Origin: Monocercomonoides exilis PA203
Taxonomy: Eukaryota > Protista > Preaxostyla
Length of the DNA stretch: 64,000 nucleotides
Assembly (NCBI GenBank): GCA_001643675.2
Contig: LSRY02000011.1
Location: 1,178,001 to 1,242,000, forward strand
Direction: 5' to 3'
In this document: one piece after another, positions 22,026-34,077 of the stretch
How the letters are laid out: the number at the start of each line of letters is the position of its first letter
Numbering within the stretch: the stretch's first letter is position 1
Program-made: the position numbers and the translations under genes
The notes under the pieces: generated by a model
The model's input: the letters and a program-made list of their open reading frames with translations, nothing else
Databases searched by the model: none
Told to the model about the DNA's origin: nothing

Positions 22026-23718
22026 TATATTTTCCAAAAATTGTCCATTAAGTGATATCTGTAATAAAAGTTAATAATTATTGTTATTTAAGTTAATTCG
22101 AATCAAACCTTTCTTTATTTGAATGAGGAATGCTTTATTCAAAAAGCTCACTTCATTTGAGAATTCTCAACCTCATTTGAGTTCAAGGACCATGATTATT
22201 GTATTATGAACAGGACAATAAACAGAGCATTGTTTTCGTTTGATTGGAATTGTTTTTTCGTGTTTTTCATTTTTGTGAAAAAAGAGAAGGGAGGTTTTTT
22301 CATTATCGAAATACACTTATTAAAATTGATTGATTTGGATGGTTAAAGAGTAAACTTCAAATAACAAATTTTTAAAATTTTATTAATCAAAAGCAATTTT
22401 TTTGTGTTTCTCTTCAAAGTTATTTGATTGAAAACTTTGAATAAAAAAATATGGAACTAATTAACAAAATAATTTGTAACACTTAACAAACAAGGCAATT
22501 GCACATTATCGAAGCGAACACTTGGATTAAAAAAAACACTTTTCAAATTGAAGCATTAGATTGAAATCGGAAATTGTCGATGAAAGGAGAAATAAGAATA
22601 AATAGATGAAGCACATATCCATTGCACACCGATGAAGAATGATCTTTGTATGTGCATGTTCTAATATGAATGAATATTTTCAGTTGATGTTGAATAATTA
22701 TTTTTGTTGAATGATGTTGAATGTGCTGTTATGCATCATTTGCATATTCAAAAATTAGTATCTGATGATGAAATGAAAATGAAAAGTGAAACTGATGAGC
22801 AACAGAACGAAGATCCACATAATGATTTTGAAGAGGAAGCAATCCATTTGCAACATCATGAAGAAAAGTGAGAAAAGTACATTTTAAAGAAAGAAAGAAG
22901 GATTAATGAGAAAAGTCTGACACACAATAATTGAGGGTGTTCATGAAATCACAAAACTCCAGAAGTTAATTCTGGTTGAGAGAATGTTTTATTTGAAAGT
23001 AGTTTTTGGAGAAGCGAAAGGAATGGTAGAGGAAAATGAGGAAACGGATGTACAAAAATGGGGATTTTAACATGAAAGCTATTTTTAGTTGGAAAAAGAA
23101 AGAAAGAAAGAAAGAAAGAAAGAGATGATTGAACTGAAAATGAAAAAGATTCAGAGGTTTTTCCTCGAAAGATAAGGGCACAGAAGCAAAAGAAAAAATC
23201 CATAAGACAAGAATTCCAATGAATATCTCATTTGTTATTAACTGGCTTTCATTTTCACAATCTTCGACTTCCAATCATCTCATTCTATTCATTTTATCAT
23301 CTTCCTTATCTTATTCAAATACATCAACGTCATATCATACAGCTTCTTCTTCTTCTTCTTCTTCTTCATTCACATCATTTAATCGGATTTTTTTGTATTC
23401 AACGTTGGTATCGGAGATAAAGATCAAAACGAAGAAACAAAGAACTTTATTGATGCAGGAAATAATCACAAATAAAAATGAAAAGAAGAATACTGAACAA
23501 AAAGACGAAAGAGAAAGAGAATGAGAATGAAAAGCCTATTTTGAAAGGAGATTTGAATTGGAAGTTGAATTTGAGAAGAAAAGAAAAGAAAAACAAATGC
23601 GAAGAAAAGTGTTTGAATTAACAAAGGATTTATTTCAAAAGTGGAATTTCAAGAAAGATAAAACGATGAATTACAAAAGAAATCAAAAATTTTGTAAAAA
23701 GATAGAATAGGAATATAA

Positions 23719-24096
23719 AGTTTGCTCAAAAAATACCGGACATCGCAAAAAATATAGGACAAGATCGATTTCACACTAAATGCAAGAGGAATAATTCTGA
23801 TAATTTTCCTCAAAATATATCTCATCAATGCTAACTCATTTGACATACAAGACTTTCAAAACAGCTTCATTTGTGCTCAGAAAAAAATATTTTTGAAATC
23901 TCAGAGAAACTCAAAATCCTATTTCTCAGAGTTTTTTTTATCATTAATTTTTTCTGTGAACAAATGAAGCTGTTTTGAAAGTTTTGTATTTCAAATGAGT
24001 TTGTATTAATGAGATGTGTTTTGAGGAAAATCATCAGAATTATTCCTCTTGCGATTATTGAGAAATCGATCTTGTCCGGTATTTTTTGCGCAAACT
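23719..24096. mobile_element. Foldback/hairpin element, arms about 150-170 bp, spacer about 60 bp
   Basis: Left arm (...GGACAAGATCGATTTC...GCAAGAGGAATAATTCTGAT...TTTCAAAACAGCTTCATTTG) is the near reverse complement of 23948-24096. No clear TSD. Confidence 0.8.
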
Positions 24097-24199
24097 GGAA
24101 TGAGAGAAGAAAATAAAGAAAGAATAGTTTTTTGAAAAGAAAAGGAAAAAAGAAAGGAATTCATTTAAAGATCAGGTAGGGGAAACAAAAGCTGAAGTC

Positions 24200-24460
24200 A
24201 ACTATTGAACAAAACGTTTCTGCTGTTCAATTATTCCAAACTCTTAATGATGGTGTTGTTGGCCAAAATTCTCGAATGGAGATTGAATGATGCTGATGCC
24301 ATTAAAGAACACATCGTTTCCTCTGCCATTTGTTTCTGCGTTGTCATCGAAGAAGCAAAGTGTGATGAATTTTTCTCTATTCATCCATGAATAAACTGAT
24401 AAGAAAAAAGTTGCTGCACTACCATAATTGGAATAAGAAGATGACAATATGTTGTTCATA
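24200..24460 (-). pseudogene. Fragment of a beta-helix surface-protein family member
   Basis: ITLCFFDDNAETNGRGNDVFFNG resembles IVFCFFSNNTAANIGHDVYVHDG of the 11.7-19.9 kb protein. The fragment is short and adjacent to a transposon end. Confidence 0.5.
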
Positions 24461-24699
24461 AACTGGTAATTATTCAATTTCATATTACAATTGGAATTTT
24501 TATTTATAAGAACAATTGATTTGTCCTGCAAATGATAATTAAAATTAATAATTTTTGTATTTACCCCAATGTCAGATTTGGATATGGACAAAACCTGGGA
24601 AATTTACAAAACCCGGAAATGTCCATTCGATAGAGGAGTTTTTCAACAGTTGACTTAACTTCCTGATTTCTTTTATTGTGAATCAACAGAAATTTATAT

Positions 24700-24962
24700 G
24701 GGTGATTATTTTTGAAATCATATTTTTTCTTTAAGAATTTTCGGTCTCAAATTTCACTTTTAGATCAACAAAAGTGCACAAAAAAAATGAAATGGTTTTT
24801 AGAAGATATCAACATCTTTGTTTGAGCATAAACATTTATTTTTTTTTTTTTTTTGCAGTTGTGATTAAAACACAGATAAAATACAAAAACTTTTCACAGT
24901 GGGAAACAACCTTTGAAGAATAAATACCCCGAAAAAAGATATGCTTTCAAAAATAATCACCC
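24700..24962 (+). mobile_element. MITE family A, copy 1 (263 bp), TSD ATAT
   Basis: ATAT|GGGTGATTATTTTTGAAATCATA ... TATGCTTTCAAAAATAATCACCC|ATAT. Confidence 0.9.
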
Positions 24963-25149
24963 ATATTTATTCGAAAAAACGCTCAAACAATGTTGTTGAA
25001 TAAGTTCATCTTAATTGTGGCAAGAAATGAACATTCAAAATCCTGATTGGAAAAAAACGTTTGCTGATATGAGACAATATGAAAATAGTCGAACATAATG
25101 AGAAAACTTCTATCAATAAATAACAAAAAATAAATTGTGTGAAAAGGAA

Positions 25150-26850
25150 AGTCGCTATCAGCTGTATTAAAATTGTTTTCAACATTTTGTTTCAGACACT
25201 TGTTTTCTTTTTCGTTTTTCCCCTGAAAACAAAAAATGTTCATCCATTTCTTCTTCATGAGTTTGTTCTGAAATCTTGCGTTTTGTTTTCCAATCACATT
25301 TATTGTTGTTTGGTTTCCTCTCTGACATTTGGTATTGAAGATTGTTTTTCAAGGTGCTGGATTCACTTTTTTCTTTTTCTCTGAGTAATAAAATAAAAAT
25401 AATAAAAAAATATTCATTTCATTCAAATCCAATGAGAATTTTTAAACCTTCTTCACTTGGTTCGTTCTCTTGAACAAAATCGTTGCTTGTCAGAACTTTC
25501 ATGTTAAAAACACCATTTGAAGCACAGGTCGATGAACTAATTTAAGATGCTTTAGAAATTGAACACTGATCGTTCTAAATGTCTAAAACAACTGAAGGAT
25601 CAAATGGTTCTATGCCGCAAGTGTGGAACGATTTTTAAAATAGTTTTAGGGCAAAGCGCAGCACCCACAGCATCTGCCAATGCTGGCGCAAGAGCTTTTC
25701 TATATGATGATATTCCACTTTCAGTTGGAGGCTAAATTGATGAATACAGTCTTTTTTTGAATTGAGCAAACACATAGCGATCAAGCGGTTGTATCAAATG
25801 TATGGTGTGCGAAGGAAGAATAACAAATTCAATATAATGTTCACGACACCGTGTTATCACAGGCCAGCAAAGCTTCGATGAATGCCCATCCATAATAACA
25901 AGTGCGGATGCTTCTGATCCATTCAATTCAATACTTTTTTTGTTGACAGCGGGTTAAATTTATTTCAGGATGATTTCTTCATAATCGTTTTTTGTAATCC
26001 ATCCGCTTCCGTTGGCCACAATTACAATTCGTTGATATTTTTATTCTGTAAAAACTATTGGAACAATTTTGGAGGGTCAAATCATCACGAGGTTTACTGA
26101 TAATCCCTTGTAATAACACCGAAAACCAATGTTGCATTGGGATGATGTTGTTGGGAGTGTAACATTTAGTCTTCTTAATCTGTCGTTTGATTACGAAATT
26201 GTCATCCTTTTTATACAAACTTATTCCTGTATCGTCTATATTTAATATCAGATCAGCGCAAATTTTGTTCGTTCTTATTGTGTCCCCCAGCAATGAAAAC
26301 CACGCTGAAATGTTTTCCGTTGAAGATGCAAGCAATTTTTTCACATCAATGGATTTTGGTTTTACCATTTGCAAGGCATTGCTTCTTTTTATGAACCGTC
26401 TTGCCCATTTTTCATTAATTTCTGCCAATTCGCTGTTGTCATCCTTGTTTCGGTTTTTTCTTTGCAAGACGTGTTCAGCCTGAAAATACAACATTAAAAA
26501 AGTTAATAGAAAATTAAAAACAAAAACCAAACTATTCTAATGATGTCTTTGAACGTCATTTTATCTGTTGAAAGTGAAAGAGATTTGGCGCAGTCTTCTT
26601 TTTCTTCTTGTTCCTCGATATCAAATAAATTCGGTCTTCCATTATGTTGTGGATTTCTTCACTGTGTCAAAGATGAAATGTGTCGATATAGTGCAGAAGA
26701 AGAGATCAAGCCAGAAGATATTTTGATTTTGTGTGAAATCTCTTTTCTTGAAAGAAGACAATTAATTTTTTCGACTTTTGAATTAAATCTTCAAAATTCT
26801 GCAGTGGCTAAAACCTTTGAAAGTTCTAAAGACGAAGAAAAAGAAGACAT
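25150..26850 (-). pseudogene. Pogo/CENP-B-like (DDE_1) transposase pseudogene with predicted introns 26532-26480 and 25447-25381
   Basis: N-terminal HTH (ISSSALYRH...GRPNLFDIEE), CENP-B-type HTH (TFKDIIRI|AEH...KWARRFIKR), and catalytic motifs LNIDDTG, VIMDGHSS and ILPSHTIHLIQPLDRYVF. In-frame stops and frameshifts are present. 3' end approximate. Confidence 0.85.
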
Positions 26851-26852
26851 AT

Positions 26853-27106
26853 GGGTGATTATTTTTGAAATCATAACTTATTTCGGTGTCTTGATTTTTC
26901 AAGGTTGTTTGTCATTGGGAAGAGATTTTTGATACAAATGCTGAATTCATCACGACTGTTTCAAAAACAAATGATTGAGCTGAAATAAAGACAATGATCT
27001 CTTGAATAAACCTGTTCTCTTTTCAGTGTTCATTCACTTATATTCAGGGTAGTTATTTGAATCGAAAATTTTGAATGAAAAAATATGATTTCATAAATAA
27101 TCACCC
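26853..27106 (-). mobile_element. MITE family A, copy 2 (254 bp), TSD ATAT, orientation opposite to copy 1
   Basis: ATAT|GGGTGATTATTTTTGAAATCATA ... TATGATTTCATAAATAATCACCC|ATAT. The interior aligns to the other copies as the reverse complement. Confidence 0.9.
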
Positions 27107-27740
27107 ATATAGAAAAAAAAAGCAAACATAATGGCTTTGTGATCCATTCATCTTATTGAATTAGTTCAATAATTTCATCATTTCACAAAATGAAAACATA
27201 GTACAATTGAAGAGCAATAGGAAGCTGTTTGCTTTTTTCAGTATTAACATCTTCAACTTTTTTTCAACTTTTTTGGGTTTTTCATTAGACATTCCCGGGT
27301 TTTGTCACTCTCCCGGGTTTTGTCCATGGCTATATCTGCACTTTTTTTCTGATTTGGGAAAAAATTCCAACTATTAACTATATAATTTTTTGAAATTTAT
27401 TAATATTTATTGAAAACATATTTTATGCCATTGAATAATTTCGAAATATCTGGAAAATCAAAGAAATTGCTTTAGGAGAGATATCTCCTTGGAAAATATA
27501 TTATACAATAACGAAAATCTAAATAATTACTCATTGCTATGCGCAGAATTTTGAAAAAGAAGGTACTTAGATATATTCAGTATTATTTATTTGAAAAAAC
27601 AAAAATTAAATTCGATAAATGCATATTTCACAAATATTACTCTTCTCGCTTTTCAATATAAAAATTTTGAAAAGAAAAAGAAAAGAAGAAGAAGAAAATC
27701 ATTTCTTTTGTAACGATTTTGCGAAAGATAAACAAAATGT

Positions 27741-29578
27741 TTATCGAGGTGGTGAAGAATGATGAATCGGCCACGAATGAACATTCTCAGCAGAAGAATT
27801 TGCTGCTTGGTTAGGTGCGATCATCGAACCTGTTGTTTGAGAAGAATTCTGGTTGATAATTGAAGCACTTGCAGAAGCAGATGCAACAGCCCCAGCTGAA
27901 GCAGAAAGGAACGAAAACTGAGAGGAAGGCTGCTGACCAGATGCTGGCACCAGCGATATTGTAGTTATTGGAGCTGCATAATCGCCTGATGGTAATTGCG
28001 CTGAGGTTGTTAAAGGAAATTCGCTGGTTACAGGAAATGTATAACTTGCCTGTTGTGTTGGGTTGAAAGATGTGGGAGAGGAAGAGAGAGAAGGTGGAGA
28101 ACACGAAGGAAACGAAGCCGTGGGAGAAAATATGGAAGTTGGATATGAAGATCCTGCTGTTGTGAATTGAGACCTTGCTGCTTCTTCACCAGATGCTGGC
28201 AGTCCACTTGAAGACATAGCTTGTTGCTGCATTGCTTGGTCTTGTGCCGACTGCTGGAGGAGAACCTGCTGCTGTGCTGATTTGTGAGACGGATGGGTGA
28301 ATTGAGGAAGAGGAGGTGCAGCAGGCACCTGAGGCGGATGTGTCAGGTAAGGGAAAGTTCGAGGCGCTATTGCAGGCGGGCGGATCTGGGGTGATGTATT
28401 TGGCAGAAATGAATAGCCGGATGAAGGCTGCATTGAAGGAAGTGAAGAAGAATATGGAAGAGAAGGTGCAATGCTTGGCTGATGCTGAGAAGCAAATATT
28501 GAAGTTCCGACAGATCGGTCAGCTGGAAGTGGCACTCCGCTTTGATTTGAAGGAACAGCTGATGAAGAAGACGAAGAAGATGTTTCAAGATATTCTGGAA
28601 AAATATAAGAAGATTCACATAATTGAAGAAAGTTTGGAGAATCCAATGAAAAATGCAATGAATTGTAATTAAAAATAATTCGCATATTCATGAAAAATTT
28701 TGGTTCAAACTTTTTAAAGAATGATGAGACCCTGAGTATAAGCGAAACCCAAAAATGTTCGGTTTAAATGATGTTTTAGGAACAGGAGGAAGATCCAAAG
28801 GATATTCTAGTAAAAATAAATGAGGAAACGAAGATCCTATGAACGCTCCATCGATATCTGTAATAATTAACAAATATTCTAATTGAATAATAAAAAAAGA
28901 TTGATATAACCTTTATGAACCGACAATGGTGGAGTATATATTTGTTCGCACCGCGGGCAAAATAATTTGAGAACCCCCTTTCCAGGTACATCACTTTCTC
29001 CCATTGGAAGAGCTGATTGAAATTGGCAATGATACCTTGGACATACTCCAAATTCAGACTTTTTATATTTGTCGTACTAAATAAAATAATTTTCATAAAA
29101 TTGAATTTCTATAATTGCTAATTTCAAACAAACCATCAGCTTAAGTCCTCGAGGGGTTGTTATAAATCTGGCATGAATTAAATTATACAAAATTTCAGCA
29201 GATTCTTCAATAGCACCTTTTTGTTCATCAGTTAAATCATCTGAAGTATCAAAAAATTCACAAGTGTATGTAAGATTAAATAATTATAACGTTAACAATG
29301 AAATAAGTTGTAAAACCAAAATCATCATCTTTTTCATCTAGTATCAAATCTAAAGCTCGCTGATAGTGCTCAACTGCATTTGTGAGACCTGCTAAATTAA
29401 ATTCATCTTCTATGTAATCTCTGTCCACTTCGCAAAAAAACTCATTTCCGCGTTGAGAACAAAACCATGGAATCCAATCATCATCTTCTGTAGTTTCTTC
29501 CTCTTCTTCCTCTTCCTCATCCTCACTTTCTTCGTATGAAGAAAATTCATCATCGCCGCGTAATGAAGTTCCATTCAT
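27741..29578 (-). CDS. CSNK2B: Casein kinase II regulatory (beta) subunit, 5 exons, with a long S/P/Q-rich C-terminal extension
   Basis: [50 protein letters not shown]...KLFCPRC zinc ribbon, [14 protein letters not shown] and PNIFGFR. Confidence 0.93.
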
Positions 29579-29797
29579 GTTGTAAGAGAATCTATTTAAC
29601 AATAATTAACAAATAATTGTAATGATCTTTTCATAATAATATTTTTTTTCTCATCAGAATTGCTTTTTGGAGCTTGGTTTTAATTGCAACTTAATGCATC
29701 TTCTCTTCAATTTTCCAAAACCATTTTTGAACATTATCAAAAAATTTGATCCTTAAAATCCATCTTTTGAAATAGATCAGAGTGAGATCAAAAAGAC
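29579..29797. promoter_or_regulatory. Probable bidirectional promoter between CK2 beta and RPL36A
   Basis: Divergent start codons about 220 bp apart. Inferred from arrangement only. Confidence 0.45.
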
Positions 29798-30281
29798 ATG
29801 GTTTGTTGTCTTCAGTATTTTCATATTTCTCATAAAGTTATATGGATTTGATATACTTAATTTGTTTTATTTATCATGACGCTTATTTCGTCTTGGTCAT
29901 TGATTAGGTTAACATTCCAAAGAGAATTAGAACTTTTTGCCCAAAACTCAAGAGGCATACCGTTCATAAGGTTATGCAATACAAGAAAGGTGGTGTTTCT
30001 CCACATAAATTGGGAAACAGACGTTATTACAGAAAACAGCAGGGCTTTGGTGGACAGACAAAGCCTATTCTTCACAAAAAGGCAAAGACAACTAAAAAGA
30101 TTGTGTTGATGCTTGAATGCACCGAAAGTGGATGCAGGTATTTATATAATTCTTTTCTTCATTTATTTCATTTGAACTTCGTTTTTCAAATGTTAGACAC
30201 ACAAGAGTTTACAAGAGAACAAAGAAGTTGGAACTTGGAGCAGAGAAGAAGACCAAGAAGGGATCCAAAATTTATGGTTAA
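29798..30281 (+). CDS. RPL36A: 60S ribosomal protein eL42 (L36a/L44); 3 exons, the first coding exon is ATG only
   Basis: M|[28 protein letters not shown]...[42 protein letters not shown]|[14 protein letters not shown]. Confidence 0.96.
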
Positions 30282-30602
30282 ATTACAAATGCGCCTTCAT
30301 TTCAATCTTCTCACTTTATTTTTAAAACATGCCTTTTCTCACCTCGTTCAAACAATGCATAATTCGGTGAGTATTGCTTTTTTTCATTTTGATTGACTTC
30401 ATTTGTTGATCTATCATATTTGCCCATGCTTCCTTTGTTTAAAATCACGTGATATCAGAAAGAAAAATTAAGTTTGCACTTTGAGATGATAAAACTAAAC
30501 TGAAAAATAAACATGAAAAAAAACGTGAAATGCTAAGCTGCTAGAATGTATCCGTTTTCACAAAATCAATTGATAAAATGTTTATGAATATTAAAAGTAT
30601 TT

Positions 30603-33600
30603 TCAATCATCCCAATCACTTGAATCGGAGCTCTCTTCAGCTTTTTTCTTTTGAATTACTTTTTTTGGTTTTGGGATAGCCTTTGGTTTTGGTGAAACTT
30701 TAAGCTTTTGAATTAAAGGTTGCACAGCTTCCAACTGCCTCTTTCCAAACGCGATGCTTTCTTTAAGATCTTCTATTTCCTCATCATCGCTCTCCTCGTC
30801 GCTTTCAAAGTCGGAATCATCTTCATCATTTTCTTCATCTTTTGCTTTTGAAGTGGATTTTCCTTTTTTCAATTTCTGTTCCAGGTCTTTCTGAGAATCC
30901 TCAATTTCCTCCTTCAGCAGCTTTTCCCATTCAAACACCACTTTCGGCGAAAGAAGCCTCGCATTGATGCTTTCATCCAGCACGTCACTCAGCAGCGGGA
31001 GCATCTTTGAGTGTGTGTCGGTTCGTGTAGCCAGCTTAAACACAATGTCCAGCTCGTCATCAGCTCTAATGTACTGTCTGATGTGCTGCGAATATATGCC
31101 AATCTCCTTTCTGATGAACGCTATGGCGCTTTCTTTCCCTTCCTTGCTCTTCTTCATAATGCGGGTGGCCTTGCTCCATATTCCACACAGCAGCGCAAAC
31201 GGACAGGTGAACGAGCTTTCATTCTGACTCCGAATGAACGAGATGATATCCTTCACAATTGCTGCTGCCTTGTCGACTGTTTTCAGGGAGCCTGGATACA
31301 TCGCAATAATCCGCTTCATCACGCTCCGTGTAGAAGTGCCGTCGGACTCTGTGGCCGACTCACGAACATCTGAGAGTGTGCTTTCATCGTCACTGTCGTC
31401 GCTGCTCCATTCACTTTCTGAGTCCCTTGACGATTCGTCTGAGCTGCTGCTGTCAAACGATGAGGACGATGACGATGCAAACGAGTCATCCGAATCCTCG
31501 TCGTCTTCAGTGAAGTCTTCTGTTGTTGGTGATAAGTGCGATAGGCTGCTACTTTCGCTGTCTTCATCCATCATCACCTCGTGATCAGCCGGCCTAACTC
31601 TGATTTCTTCGTCTTCTTCGTCGAAACTGCTGTCGCGCCGAAGAGATTTTGCTTTCGCGTCAGTCGGCGTGGGCTTCATCAGCTTTGTTGTTGATGATTT
31701 GATAGGAAGCTCCGAGCCTGGGGACGTGGCTGGTGGAGAAGACGAAGTCCCCAACGACTTTTGAGAGGCCTGTGTGTGTTCTGGTTCTGAAAGGTTCATC
31801 TCTTTGAGCACTGGGAAGTTCGTGGGCAGGCCAGTTAACAGTGAGTCTGTTCTTTTGTGGGGGCCAAAGAGAGAAAGAGAGTTTGGAGACTGCTTGCCAA
31901 AGTTTGGCCTTTGGATCTGCATTGAGGAAGAAGACGACGAGACAGACAAAGTCAGCTTAGACGGGTCTTTTCTGTCAGAAGCCTGCGGCTGTGGAGAAGC
32001 AATCCTCGCATTCTCAGGCAGAGTCTCGTTGGAGGCAATGTTGTTCAGGAAAGAGATAACTACACCCTTTTTCAGCACAGAATGGCACTGGACGCGACTG
32101 TAGGCGCAGATGACTGCGTCTTCTGCCTGCACATCATTGTCAATACGCACGTTATTCCACACAACACATCGAGTCAGGTGCACGTTGTCGCCAATGGAGC
32201 ATCCACTCCCAATTGTTGTCTCTTCGATTTTCGCGTTTTTGCCAATGCGCGTTTTGCTGCCAATTAAACAGCACTGGCCAATTGTGGCAGTTCTGTTAAA
32301 TGAATTAGAGGTTTTGTTGGATAAGCATATTCATCACAGAATAAATAAAACAATGTTAAAAGAAAAAATACAGAAACAATCATTAACTACAAATTGCAAA
32401 AAGAATCAGAACCTGTCTATAACAACATCTTGAAGCGACTTGTATGTTGAGTGCGAAGTTGCAACATATCCACCGAGCGATCTGTCAAAGTGCCTGACAA
32501 TCTTTGCGATTCCCCCAGTGCGCGCATTGCTCATCTGTACCATCGCATTCAGCGAAGTGCGGATCGACGAGCGGAAGGGCGCTGCGTCCAACATGGATTT
32601 TGAGGGCGAAGATGCCACTGTGAACGACTTTGACGACAGAAGCGGAGGAAGTCCGCCGCTTCCACTGCCGACAAAAGACGGCGTTGGAGAGGAGGAAGAG
32701 AAGAAGGAAGACGAGCGATCGTGTGCGGTAAACGGATCAGGCGAAGTCAACTTGAACGACGACGGAGATGAGCTAAGCGATGCAAATGGTGGCATAGCGT
32801 GATGATATAGCGGGGTGCCTTCCATTGCCCTGAACAGAAATAGCGGGGCAACATTCCTTGTCGCCTGCTTGTCGGGCACGAGTGGATATACCCAGCGCCG
32901 CATGATATCGTGGCCGACGCTGATTGTGTCCTCGAACGAGGTGATGTTGCGGCAGTAGCTCCCTTCAACGACCTTGATGAACAGCTTGTTTCCCACAGGT
33001 GATTCCAGCACGGCTGTAAAGAATTCAGGAAGCGTGCGGAATTCGTACACATCGTGGAACTGCGACGGAAACTCCTTTGCGCAGATGGCCAGCCAGCACG
33101 GCACGATGTCGTGTCGCAGAATCATTCCACCGTGTGGAAGTGATTCAGAGGAGAACGGAACTTTGGATAGATGATGATTGGAAAATGGAAGTATTGGCGA
33201 AGAAGAAGAAGATGATGATGATGATGATGATGACGCAGATGCAGAAGTTATTTCCAATGACGTGGACACATTGTTTGACAATGGACTCGGAGATTGAAAT
33301 GGTGATGTTGATTGTGTTGGTGTTGGTTCCCCCTTTCCGTCTTTTCCTTTTCTTGATCTCTCTTTGCTTTTGTCAAGTTCATTTTCTTCTTTGTTTCCTT
33401 TTTTAGAGACAACATATTTTCCTCTCCATTCTGCAACCAATAGTTCTCCTGTTTTTGTGCTATATCCAATTGCAAGCTCCAAAGGCTTCTTTTGCTGAAC
33501 AAGAGCTGGTGGGGCTTTGTGAAAAAGAAAAGTTGCCATAACATTTGGCTCCTTCAGAGAACTATCATAATAAATGGCTGTCATCAAAAAAACAAAAAAA

Positions 33601-34077
33601 AAGTACAAAAGATTCTTCATACAAGTGAAAATTAATATATGGATTCAAATTGACATTTGTAATAATTCCTCCATGACAAAAGATAAAATCACTTGTCAAA
33701 ATTCCGTCTTCAACAATCTTTTTAAAGCATTCTGGTACTGTCTTAACATTTGGCGTGTGATGAAAAACAATTTGTGGTGATTCCCAACTACTCCATTGAG
33801 ATTCCCTTCGAAAATGAAATATTATTGCCATAAATGAAAATAAAATAAAACATGTAACAACAAAAGCACACCGTATGTAATCTTGTATTGCTTTATATTT
33901 ATGGCAAGCAACCACAAAAATTTTTGATACAGGCTGCGCAGTTAAGAATTCAAGTGTATAATGAAGGATCGGAACATTGCAGATAGGAATAAGTATTTCA
34001 GGGAAATCAAATGACACAGGATTAAAATTATTTGTAAAAGAATCGCATATTAGCAACGCTTGAAGTTGATGTGCCAT
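30603..34077 (-). CDS. EIF2B5: Translation initiation factor eIF2B epsilon subunit (multi-exon, with Ser-rich insertions)
   Basis: LQALLICDSF...ILIPICNVPILHYTLEFL nucleotidyltransferase-like start, DIMRRWVYPLVP, hexapeptide left-handed beta-helix repeats, a helical C-terminal domain and an acidic end (AEESSDSSDWDD). Confidence 0.85.

Larger units (their letters stand above)
24573..27338 (-). mobile_element. Decayed pogo/Tc1-mariner-type DNA transposon (~2.77 kb) with ~50-bp TIRs and two nested MITEs
   Basis: Left CAGATTTGGATATGGACAAAACCTGGGAAATTTACAAAACCCGGAAATGTC matches the reverse complement of the right end, CAGATATAGCCATGGACAAAACCCGGGAGAGTGACAAAACCCGGGAATGTC. It encloses a DDE transposase remnant. 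TSD not resolved. Confidence 0.8.

Noticed and set aside
22560-23620. Coding-like degraded fragments (acidic and poly-Ser stretches)
   Set aside because: Multiple stops and no identifiable family; cannot be assigned without a search.
26655-26795. In-frame TGA codons in the transposase as recoding or selenocysteine
   Set aside because: The same ORF also has frameshifts, and conserved genes use TGA as stop; ordinary decay explains them.
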